DNA from: an uncultured Gemmatimonadota bacterium
Lineage (GTDB): Bacteria > Gemmatimonadota > Gemmatimonadetes > Gemmatimonadales > Gemmatimonadaceae
Length of the DNA: 64,000 bases
Reading direction: 5' to 3'
Assembly: GCA_903882745.1 (NCBI GenBank)
Contig: CAIRYG010000004.1
Location: 28,699-92,698 of the forward strand
A model generated the notes under the pieces. It saw nothing but the letters and a program-made list of their open reading frames with translations. It was not told the DNA's origin and made no database searches. Positions 1 to 8,148 of this stretch are shown in pieces; positions within the stretch are counted from its first letter, which is position 1, and each line of letters begins with the position of its first letter. A program made the translations under genes and the position numbers.

Positions 1-2259
1 TTCCACCACGTTGTGTCGGCGGGTGTCGTCGAGTGAGCCGAAGATCTCGTCGAGGACCAAGAGGGAGAACGACTGCCCCGCCCGCTCCGCAATCATCTGC
101 GAAATGGCGAGTCGCAACACGAGGTTCGCGAGATCTTCCTCACCACCAGAAATCACCGGCTTCGGCACACCGTCCTCGAGCACGACAATCCGGTACTTGT
201 CGTCGAGCTCCACCTCGGTGTAGCGCGCGTCCGTGAGCTCCGTCAAAAAGGCGCTCGCCAACTCCGACAGCTCAGGGCGCAACTGGAGATTGAGATCGTT
301 CCGAAGATCAGAATACGCGCGATGCAGCTCATCATGCAGGCGTTTTTCGTTCTCGCGCTCGGCGAGTTGGGCTTCGATCGCCTGCAACTCGGCTCGCGCT
401 TGGGTCGCCCGGGCGAGCGTGTCCGATGCTCCCTTTGCCTCGCCCTGCACGCTGACCGTACGGAGCGCCGACACGCGAAGCGCGGAATCGGCCGCTTGAA
501 AGGCGTCCCGAATTGCGACGAACTCCTCCTCCGTCCCCGGCACGTCCTGACGACGACGCACGATGTCCTCGCGACGCGTCACCAGCTCGGCAAGCTGACG
601 CGCCACCCCTGCTTCCTCGCGCGTGAAGGCCGCCTCTCGCTCGACCTGCCCCGCCAACCGATTCGCCTGCGCCGAGACCGCCGCGAGTTCCTCGAACTGT
701 TGTTCAAGCGACCGATGCTCCGCCGGGTCGTAGCCGCCAGGGATTTCCGCGAGCTGCAGCAGGAGTGCCTGATGGCGCTGCTCCTTGCTCGCGATATCGC
801 GTCCCATCCGCTCAAGATTCTGCACCGCTTGTTGTACACGCGCGAGTTTCTTTTCGAGCGCCGCATGCTCCAACTGGAGTGTCTTCCGGCGTTCATCGAG
901 CGCGGCGACATCCGCCGGCATCTCCTCGAGCTGATCGAGCCGGCTACGAAAATAATTCCCGTCGGTCTGTACTGTCTCGAGTTGCGTGTCGAGAAGGTCG
1001 AGCACCTGGCGGTAATGATCAAGCAGCGGGCGCTGGCAGGTCGGGCAGGTGCCCTGCTCGCCGAGGTTCACGAGGCGCTCGCGCTGATCTCGGAGGTCGG
1101 CATACTGCGCACGTAGCGCGTTGCGCTTGGTCTCTGCCTCCTGTCGATCACGCACCCATTCGGTGCGCCGGACCTCGAGCAAACCGTGCGCCGCTTCGAG
1201 CTCCTTGAACTTGGCCTCGATTAAGAGCGTGGTTTCCTCCTCGAGAATCGGGGCCGTGGAATAGCGATCGCGCTCCTGCCGAGCTGTTGCAAGATCCGCG
1301 CGCAGTTCCGATTCCTGTCCGCTCATCGTTTCGCGCTGCAGGTGCTTCGCCTGCAGCGCCTTCACCGCCCCAAGCTGCTGCTCGATTGCCGCAAACCCCT
1401 CGAGCTGCACCAGCATCGGCTCTAACGCGGCGCGCGCCTCGCGAATCTTTTGCAGTTCTGCCGCGACGCGCGCCGCATTCCGCCCTTGCTCGGCCAGCTG
1501 CGACTCGGTCACACGCAGGTCGGCGTCGAGCGTCTGCTGCAGATCGCGCAACTGCTGTGCTTCTGTCCACCGTGGGGCGATCGCGTCAAATGCACTCTGT
1601 GCCGTTGCGCGCTCCAACTCGGCCGAGGCGAGTCGGCCGTGCGCGTCCGCGAGCGCCGCCTGGGCGTCGAGTTCCTGTTTCGCGATTGTCGCCGCGTCCG
1701 GCATCCCAAGGCGCATCCCGGCGATGGTGCTGCGCAGATCTCGACGGCGCATCTCCACCAACTCTTGCGCGGCCCGAAGCTTCTCGTAGCCGAGCACGCG
1801 CGAGAGAAACTGCCCGCGCTCTGTTGCCGTGAGCGACGCCATCACCGTCAGCTCTTTTTGCCCGGTGAAGTACGTGTTGAAGAACTCACTCCGACTCATC
1901 CCGAGGCGACGCTGGAGCACGTCCCCAACCGCCGTGGCTGAGTTCGCGATGGCGTCCGCGCCGCCGTCGAGATACAGCTCCGCCATCGTGAGGCCGCGAA
2001 CGACGCGGTATTGGTGCCCGCCGAGCTCGAACTCGAGCTCTACCCGCACCTGAGCGCGCGCCGGTGCGCGCACAAAGCGAATGGTGTCCTTTCCGCCCCG
2101 CGCTGTGTCGCCGCCGTACAGCGCCCACGCCACGGCCTCGAGAATCGTCGACTTTCCGGCGCCGTTGGGGCCAATGATTCCCGTCAGGCCGCGCTCGAAC
2201 TCGATCGTGGTATCCGCGTGCTGACGGAAGTTCAGAAGCCGAATGCGTGTGAGTTTCAT
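1..2259 (-). CDS. sbcC: SbcC/Rad50-family DNA double-strand-break repair ATPase, partial (C-terminal end lies beyond base 1)
   Basis: Absent from the ORF track because no stop lies inside the window. My reverse-complement reading from ATG 2259-2257 gives MKLTRIRLLNFRQH. Motifs: Walker A GPNGAGKST (2146-2172), zinc hook CPTC (1036-1047), ABC signature SGGE (139-150), Walker B LVLDEIFGSLD (28-60). The frame stays open to base 1. Confidence 0.9.
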   Translation of the reverse strand, partial: MKLTRIRLLNFRQHADTTIEFERGLTGIIGPNGAGKSTILEAVAWALYGGDTARGGKDTIRFVRAPARAQVRVELEFELGGHQYRVVRGLTMAELYLDGGADAIANSATAVGDVLQRRLGMSRSEFFNTYFTGQKELTVMASLTATERGQFLSRVLGYEKLRAAQELVEMRRRDLRSTIAGMRLGMPDAATIAKQELDAQAALADAHGRLASAELERATAQSAFDAIAPRWTEAQQLRDLQQTLDADLRVTESQLAEQGRNAARVAAELQKIREARAALEPMLVQLEGFAAIEQQLGAVKALQAKHLQRETMSGQESELRADLATARQERDRYSTAPILEEETTLLIEAKFKELEAAHGLLEVRRTEWVRDRQEAETKRNALRAQYADLRDQRERLVNLGEQGTCPTCQRPLLDHYRQVLDLLDTQLETVQTDGNYFRSRLDQLEEMPADVAALDERRKTLQLEHAALEKKLARVQQAVQNLERMGRDIASKEQRHQALLLQLAEIPGGYDPAEHRSLEQQFEELAAVSAQANRLAGQVEREAAFTREEAGVARQLAELVTRREDIVRRRQDVPGTEEEFVAIRDAFQAADSALRVSALRTVSVQGEAKGASDTLARATQARAELQAIEAQLAERENEKRLHDELHRAYSDLRNDLNLQLRPELSELASAFLTELTDARYTEVELDDKYRIVVLEDGVPKPVISGGEEDLANLVLRLAISQMIAERAGQSFSLLVLDEIFGSLDDTRRHNVVE

Positions 2260-3482
2260 CCCTCCTCCACCGTGGAGGGGGCTTCGCGCACGACACCGGC
2301 CTGCTCCGCCTCGTGCAGATAATGCATCCCAAGCCGCACCATCTCTTCGCGGTCAATATCTGACGTCAGCTTGCGGGTGCGGAGATGATCGGCCAATAAC
2401 TCATCCAGCGACGGCCGGCGCCCTGGGGCGCCCGAGCCCGCCTCACGACGGAGGACCTCGGGACGTCGCATGTCGAGGTGAAACTGGAGCGCACTCCGCT
2501 GATACTCGCGCAGCTTTTTATGATCGAGTTCACGGGCGATGTGTCGCGGCACATCCCGCGCGACCAGTCGGATGACTTTCCCATCTATTCCGCCACTCAC
2601 CGCCGCGATCGCTGATTCGATCGCCGCATCGAGGTCGGCGGAGGACATCCCACGTCCTTCGATCGGCGACATATCGTGGAACTCGCGCACCAACTTGATC
2701 TTGTGCTGCTTCTGCTTGGCCGTCTCGAGGTCCCACTCGAGCATCCACTTTCCGGGCAGCTTCTGCGCGGTCTCCTCGGCGAGTTCACCCCACGGATTCG
2801 AGCTCGTATAGTCGATGGCGCCTGAGTAAAACGCCTTCGGCCCGACCTTCTTGTACACGTGGTAATCGCCGAGGGCGATATAGTCCCACCGCGGATCGTC
2901 GAGCACCGTGCGCGGAATGGTCAGGCCCACGCGCTCGGTGTGACGGGGAATCGAGTCTTCGACCTCGCCATGCACGAGCAACACGTTGAATCGCGCGTTT
3001 GGATCCTGATCGTAGTGAATCTCGTGCGGTGGGAGATCGGGAACGGCGAGAACCGAAATCGCACCGTCGCGCAGGGTGATGCGCTCCGGCTGGGTGTCGA
3101 CGATGTGAATCCCCAACGGGCGAAACAGCCGCAGGATGCAGGTCGTCTCGCTGGAGCGCGGCATGTCGTGGTTCCCCGCGACCATCACGACGTCGGTATC
3201 TGGCAGCGCCTGTGTCAGACGTTGCAGCTGCGTGAACGCGTGGATGATTGCCGGGTTCGTGGGGCGAACCGTGTGAAACACGTCGCCAGCAATCAGGATC
3301 AGCTCGGGCCGCACCGCGATCGCCATATCGATGGCTTGCCGGAACGACGCCGCGACATCCGCCTCGCGCTGGTTGATACCAGTCTGAGTCGTGCGCTGGA
3401 ACTGCCGGAAACCGAGATGCAGGTCGGAGAGATGCAGGAGCCGCACCCCTCTAATGTACGCGCGTTCAGCCTGCCGCGTCAC
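2256..3482 (-). CDS. sbcD: SbcD/Mre11-family nuclease (calcineurin-like phosphoesterase)
   Basis: 408-aa ORF with Mre11 phosphoesterase motifs LLHLSDLHLG, AGDVFH, VAGNHD, LLVHG. Its stop overlaps the sbcC start (ATGA, 2256-2259). GTG start at 3482. An alternative GTG at 3446 (VRLLHLSD) would give the usual short N-terminus. Confidence 0.9.
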   Translation of the reverse strand: MTRQAERAYIRGVRLLHLSDLHLGFRQFQRTTQTGINQREADVAASFRQAIDMAIAVRPELILIAGDVFHTVRPTNPAIIHAFTQLQRLTQALPDTDVVMVAGNHDMPRSSETTCILRLFRPLGIHIVDTQPERITLRDGAISVLAVPDLPPHEIHYDQDPNARFNVLLVHGEVEDSIPRHTERVGLTIPRTVLDDPRWDYIALGDYHVYKKVGPKAFYSGAIDYTSSNPWGELAEETAQKLPGKWMLEWDLETAKQKQHKIKLVREFHDMSPIEGRGMSSADLDAAIESAIAAVSGGIDGKVIRLVARDVPRHIARELDHKKLREYQRSALQFHLDMRRPEVLRREAGSGAPGRRPSLDELLADHLRTRKLTSDIDREEMVRLGMHYLHEAEQAGVVREAPSTVEEG

Positions 3483-3491
3483 CGCTAGCGC

Positions 3492-5444
3492 CTAGAAGCT
3501 ATACGGGTCGTCCGGGGGGCTGCTTTTCAGCGGGGCGACCCGCGCGCGCGACTCCGTGGACTTTGGCGCGACCCGACGCTTCAACTGCGAGCGGAAATAG
3601 CTCTTGACGTCCTCGGGTTTGGCCATCTGCGTCTTATTGCGGGCACGGATGACTTCGTCCTCCTCGGCCAGCGCGATGCTCTCCTTGACCCAATCGAGGG
3701 TCACCGAGGGATCCAGCACCCGAAGCGCGCGGGTCACCGCACTCTCCAGGGTCTGTTCCAGCGCCTGGGGAAACTTCTCAACCCCTTCGCGACCGGAGAG
3801 CACCGCCGGGCGCGGGAAGCGTACGAACACCGGCTGCGTGAAGTGCGGATGTCGCACCATCAGCTGCCCCTTCTCGAGCGTACTCAGCTTCGTACGGGTC
3901 GCCGGGGAGAGCGTGGCGTAGCCAGGGGTCGCCAGCTCGTCGGGGTCCATCCGCCCGAAGAGTGCCGTCCCGCAGTTCCCCACCACACGACGGTGCACCT
4001 GCGACCGAAACTGCTGCGCAGCGAACAGCACGAGCCCCAAATACCGGCCGCGCTCGGCGATATCGAGCAGCATGGCCCGCACGTAGGTGTCGGGGCCATC
4101 ACTCGGCGCGTACTTGTTGAGTTCGTCGACGAACACCACGACGTGATCGACCCCGAGGGTGCGCGACTCAAGACGCTCACGCAGCTGCGACACGATGCGC
4201 GCGAAAATCAAATCCTGCGCGTCTTCCTCAAGATTCGCGACGTCCACCACGTACACGGCGCGATCCTCAAACGCCCCAAACGGCAGATCGCTCACCGTCC
4301 CGTCGTCGGTCACCAGTCCACGGCAGCGCGTGGAAATATTCGTGAGACGATTCCGCACTTTGCGGATCGTGGCCACGTGGTGCGTCCGCCACGACTCCTG
4401 ATTCTTGGCCTCCATCCCATGCAGCAGATCGCGGAACCATCCCTCCAGCTCCCCAAATGACTGCACCGTGTGGTCGTGCTCAAGCACCGAATCGGAGAAG
4501 GGTTGATCGACCACCCGTTCCTTGATGAAGTCGATCAGCGCATCGGCCTTGGCGTCGATGTCGTCCTTGTTGAGCAACACCTCCGCAAACTGCAGCACCT
4601 CGCGCAGTCCCCAGGTGAGCGGATGCACATTGTGCGCCAGCGCTTCGTTCGAACGCAGCGTGTTGAGCGCATACCCACGCGCCGTGTACGGCGCGTAGTA
4701 GTGCACATTCTGGAACGGCTCGGCGGGAACCCCCAACGTCTCGTAGAGCGCGCGGTCCGAGTCGTCGAGTCGCGTAGCGGGTTGATCGAGGAAACAGAGA
4801 TCCGGACCCTTCACGTTGAAGCAGACCGCCGCGACGCGCCCCTTCTTTTCGGGGAAGTGGGCAAAGATCGAGGCGAGCAACCACTCCACGGCACTGGTCT
4901 TGGTCGCGAGCCCCGAGACGCCGCTGATGTTCAAGTGTGCCGCTTCGGGACCAAGCAGAAAATCGGCGTCGAGATGCACCGGCGACGAGGTCGCCCCGGC
5001 ACGGTACAAGCCCACGGGAATCGCCGTCTTGTTCTCACCAAAGGCGTAGCCGTCCATCCGGAGCGCAGCCGCCACATCCGCATCGTCGGCTAGATGCACC
5101 GTTCCCATGCCCACGGGCTGCAGCGGCTCCTCGGGGACATGACGCAACACCGCCGCCGTGTACAAGCGGATCTCGGTGCGGCGCGTTGGCGACTGATGCG
5201 CGCTCCCCGGCTGGCCGTCATGCCCCAGCACGTCGTGCAGCGGTGTATCCAGGTCCGTGTAGCCGAACCCTTCCGTCACCACGCCGAACGCCACGGGGAG
5301 CGCGCCGTTCACGGGGGTGGCACCTTCCACCCGCACAATCGTCCCGATCCCGACGGGCGAATCGAGCGCCGTCCAGAAATGGAATTCGTGTGGTGTGTTG
5401 GGACGTCGCTCCGTGGCGACAACGCGGCCGAGGACGGTGGTCAT
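3492..5444 (-). CDS. herA: HerA-like ATPase (FtsK/HerA superfamily, DUF87-type)
   Basis: ORF 3492..5648 trimmed to ATG 5444 because the upstream gene stops at 5458. The N-terminus MTTVLGRVVATERRPNTPHEFHFW looks like a HerA barrel domain. P-loop region GVSGLATKTS (4893-4922). Walker B HVVVFVDELNKYAP. Confidence 0.8.
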   Translation of the reverse strand: MTTVLGRVVATERRPNTPHEFHFWTALDSPVGIGTIVRVEGATPVNGALPVAFGVVTEGFGYTDLDTPLHDVLGHDGQPGSAHQSPTRRTEIRLYTAAVLRHVPEEPLQPVGMGTVHLADDADVAAALRMDGYAFGENKTAIPVGLYRAGATSSPVHLDADFLLGPEAAHLNISGVSGLATKTSAVEWLLASIFAHFPEKKGRVAAVCFNVKGPDLCFLDQPATRLDDSDRALYETLGVPAEPFQNVHYYAPYTARGYALNTLRSNEALAHNVHPLTWGLREVLQFAEVLLNKDDIDAKADALIDFIKERVVDQPFSDSVLEHDHTVQSFGELEGWFRDLLHGMEAKNQESWRTHHVATIRKVRNRLTNISTRCRGLVTDDGTVSDLPFGAFEDRAVYVVDVANLEEDAQDLIFARIVSQLRERLESRTLGVDHVVVFVDELNKYAPSDGPDTYVRAMLLDIAERGRYLGLVLFAAQQFRSQVHRRVVGNCGTALFGRMDPDELATPGYATLSPATRTKLSTLEKGQLMVRHPHFTQPVFVRFPRPAVLSGREGVEKFPQALEQTLESAVTRALRVLDPSVTLDWVKESIALAEEDEVIRARNKTQMAKPEDVKSYFRSQLKRRVAPKSTESRARVAPLKSSPPDDPYSF

Positions 5445-5457
5445 TTCTGAAAATACC

Positions 5458-6486
5458 CTAGGGCGCGATAGCGCGCAGATAGCGCTCGCAGTCCGCAATC
5501 CCGTACGCCATCGTGTGCCAGCGCTGATCGGGGAGCGCCAACGGGGTGCGCTCCGCAAGCACCCACCGCGAGACCTCGTCGGCGCGCTCGGCGGTAAACG
5601 TGTCCCGGGCGACCTCAATGCGCACCAGCGCGAACATCGGATCGCCACCGTCGCGGAGGCGGAGGTACCAGCTCGCGACCGCGGTGCGTCGCGCCGAGCG
5701 GATTTCGAAAGCAGTGGTTCGCTGCCCCGCGCGTAGGCGGGTGATCACCCCGACGCCGTCACCGGAGGCGTAGAGGGTCCGGTGAGACTTCACGACGCCC
5801 ACCGCGTGAGGGCTGCGCGCGGCAAGCCCGGCCCCGGAGATTCCGCCGTCTACATAGACCGACTGATCGCGCGTCGCACACCAGCGCTCCGCGAGCGAGG
5901 TCTCCAGCCGTTCGCGCTCGCGCTGGACCGCCGTCCGCGCGAGCGTGAGCAACAGCTGCGGATGCTGACCGTCGGAGGCGTCGGCCCCGTCGAGCGTGTC
6001 GTGCACGGGGATTCCAGCCGCGTCGAAGGTGCGGAGATGCTCCGCCGGCGTCAACGCGGTGGGTACGTAGACGCGCGTCGATAGGTCGGGCTCGCCGTTC
6101 CACGTGTGCAACTCCCGGTCGCGGCGTTCACGCACCACCGCCGCAACGGTCCCAAAAATCAGCGGCACGCCACCTGGGAGATACTGCAGCACGCGAGTGG
6201 ACTGAATGCCGTCGAGGAACGCATGAAAGCCGGCGAGCGGCTCGGCATCCAACACCCGATACGACAGCGCTTCCCCTTCTATGGGGAGTGCCGCCTCGAG
6301 GCGTGGCGGTTCCATCTCGAGCGCCATACGCTCAAGCGACGGGGCACCGGTGGTTTCGAGACGCCAGCCTCCCTCAGGCGCTCCGGGCGCCGCACGGAGC
6401 GCGCGCAGTACGTCGGCAACGCCCACGGCGGTCACGCCAACGGCCGTCACGCCAACGGCACCGGCGCCGTCAGCCGCGGGGGCCAT
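5458..6486 (-). CDS. NurA-like nuclease (putative); start uncertain
   Basis: ORF 5458..6654 trimmed to ATG 6486, which shares one base with the upstream stop (TGATG). The assignment rests on position directly upstream of herA, size (about 342 aa) and Asp-containing motifs FLDGIQS and YVDGGISG. There is no textbook signature, so product confidence is moderate. Confidence 0.55.
   Translation of the reverse strand: MAPAADGAGAVGVTAVGVTAVGVADVLRALRAAPGAPEGGWRLETTGAPSLERMALEMEPPRLEAALPIEGEALSYRVLDAEPLAGFHAFLDGIQSTRVLQYLPGGVPLIFGTVAAVVRERRDRELHTWNGEPDLSTRVYVPTALTPAEHLRTFDAAGIPVHDTLDGADASDGQHPQLLLTLARTAVQRERERLETSLAERWCATRDQSVYVDGGISGAGLAARSPHAVGVVKSHRTLYASGDGVGVITRLRAGQRTTAFEIRSARRTAVASWYLRLRDGGDPMFALVRIEVARDTFTAERADEVSRWVLAERTPLALPDQRWHTMAYGIADCERYLRAIAP
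6426..6455 (-). repeat. 15-nt in-frame tandem repeat x2 (plus a degenerate third copy to 6470) encoding GVTAVGVTAVGV
   Basis: cggcggtcacgccaa / cggccgtcacgccaa read directly. It lies in the N-terminal region of the NurA-like ORF. Confidence 0.8.
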
Positions 6487-6764
6487 CACTCGATCCCGAT
6501 ATCCCAGGCCTGCTCGAGGTCCGCCTTGGAATACGCGCGGAACGCTGTGAGCGTCGTGGTGCGCTGAATGCCGGGCACCTCCGGAAACTGCTCGGTGACA
6601 ATGCGCGCAATGTCCTCGTACTGCGGCACTTTCACCATCACCACAAGATCCCACTCACCAGACACCGAGTACACCTCGGCCACACCGTCAATGCCCGCGA
6701 GCGCGTGGGCGCACTTGGGAATCAGGCGCGGCTCGGCTTTTACCAGCACGATGGTCGTAATCAT
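6486..6764 (-). CDS. Stand-alone Lrp/AsnC ligand-binding (RAM) domain protein, no HTH domain
   Basis: 92-aa ORF MITTIVLVKAEPRLIPKCAHALAGIDGVAEVYSVSGEWDLVVMVKV..., the typical AsnC_trans_reg beta-alpha-beta-beta-alpha-beta pattern. It is too short to carry a DNA-binding domain. Confidence 0.8.
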   Translation of the reverse strand: MITTIVLVKAEPRLIPKCAHALAGIDGVAEVYSVSGEWDLVVMVKVPQYEDIARIVTEQFPEVPGIQRTTTLTAFRAYSKADLEQAWDIGIE

Positions 6765-6867
6765 GTCGCGTCAGGGAACGGAGAAAGCTGCAGGAACCGC
6801 GGAGGAGCAACCGACAGGGGACTGATGGAGCGATCGGATCACATCAGGAACGTGGCGGACGACAGGA

Positions 6868-8082
6868 TCAGCCCGTTCCTTCCAGCACCGCACGGTACGT
6901 CTTCACCAGCATGTGCATCGCGCGCTCTACGTCGGACTGATCGGCCGCATAGGAGACGCGCACCCACTCTGGTGTGCGAAACGCCGATCCCGGAACGATC
7001 GCCAAACCGGCTTCGTCGAGGAGTCGCGCGCAGAATGCGTCGCCGTCGCTGATTCCGCCCGGCGCCGCTGGCGCCCGCAGAAACAGGTAGAACGCGCCCT
7101 GCGGGTCGAGCACCTCAATACGAGGCTCTTGGCGCAGAATCGCCAACGCCGCGTCACGGCGGGCATGGAACGCCGCGACCATCGCATTCACCGCAAGGTC
7201 GGCTTCGTCCACGCGCGCGAGCGCAGCCAATGCCGCGTGCTGCGACACCGTAGCCGCGTTCGAGGTCGTGTGCGACTGAAACGCCGTCATCGCTTTTGCG
7301 ACAGCCGGCGACGACACCGTCCACCCAATCCGCCACCCGGTCATCGCGTATGCCTTCGCCACGCCGTTGATCACCACGAGCCGATCGCGAACGGTCGCCA
7401 CATCAAGGGCCGACACCGCCGGCCGATCGTAGGCGATGCGCTGGTAGATCTCGTCGCTCAGGACGTACCAGCCACGGCTGGTGGCCAGATCGAGAATGGC
7501 GCGAAGCTCTTCGGGGGCGTACACCGACCCGGTGGGGTTCGACGGAGAGTTCAGCATAATGCCCTTCGTGCGCGCGGTCGCACGCGCTTCGAGGAGCAGC
7601 GGCGTGACCTTGAACCCGTTGGACGGGTCGCCGAGCACTTCAACCGGTGTGGCGCGAGCCAACTCGACCATCTCGTAGTAGCTCGTCCACGCGGGCGTTG
7701 GGACGAGCACCTCGTCGCCGGGTCCAAAGAGGCAGACGCAGGCATTGTAGAGCGACTGTTTGGAACCGGTCGACACCACCACATCGGTCGCCAACACACG
7801 CCCAGCGCCGGTATACCGCGCATTGGCGTGATCAGCGATGACCTGACGCAGCGGGAGAATCCCGTCTACGGCGGTATAGCGGGTGGCCCCCGCCTCAAGC
7901 GCGTCGACCGCCGCCTGCCGAATAAACGCCGGCGTGTCGAAGTCCGGTTCGCCCGCCCCCAAGTCAATGATCGTGCGCCCAGCCGCCTTCAGCGCCTTGG
8001 CCTTTTGGGAGACGGCAATCGTTGCCGACTCACGAAGCTGAGCGATGTTCTGGGACGGCACGAACGGGGTGGCTGACGACAT
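6868..8082 (-). CDS. Class I PLP-dependent aminotransferase (aspartate aminotransferase family)
   Basis: ORF 6868..9321 trimmed to ATG 8082 (MSSATPFVPSQNIAQL). Motifs LNSPSNPTG and the PLP-lysine region NGVAKAYAMTGWRIGW. The part upstream of 8082 is antisense to the next gene and low-complexity. Confidence 0.9.
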   Translation of the reverse strand: MSSATPFVPSQNIAQLRESATIAVSQKAKALKAAGRTIIDLGAGEPDFDTPAFIRQAAVDALEAGATRYTAVDGILPLRQVIADHANARYTGAGRVLATDVVVSTGSKQSLYNACVCLFGPGDEVLVPTPAWTSYYEMVELARATPVEVLGDPSNGFKVTPLLLEARATARTKGIMLNSPSNPTGSVYAPEELRAILDLATSRGWYVLSDEIYQRIAYDRPAVSALDVATVRDRLVVINGVAKAYAMTGWRIGWTVSSPAVAKAMTAFQSHTTSNAATVSQHAALAALARVDEADLAVNAMVAAFHARRDAALAILRQEPRIEVLDPQGAFYLFLRAPAAPGGISDGDAFCARLLDEAGLAIVPGSAFRTPEWVRVSYAADQSDVERAMHMLVKTYRAVLEGTG

Positions 8083-8148
8083 TTTAAGACTCAGCTTTGG
8101 GGGCGGTAAGCAAGCGGCGGTGCCACTCGCTAGATTTACTGGCTGAAG

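Noticed and set aside
6765-6867. Possible promoter or terminator separating the aminotransferase gene from the RAM-nurA-herA-sbcDC operon
   Set aside because: I found no convincing hairpin with a T-tract and no recognisable -35/-10 pair in the 103-nt spacer. Whether the aminotransferase gene is co-transcribed remains open.
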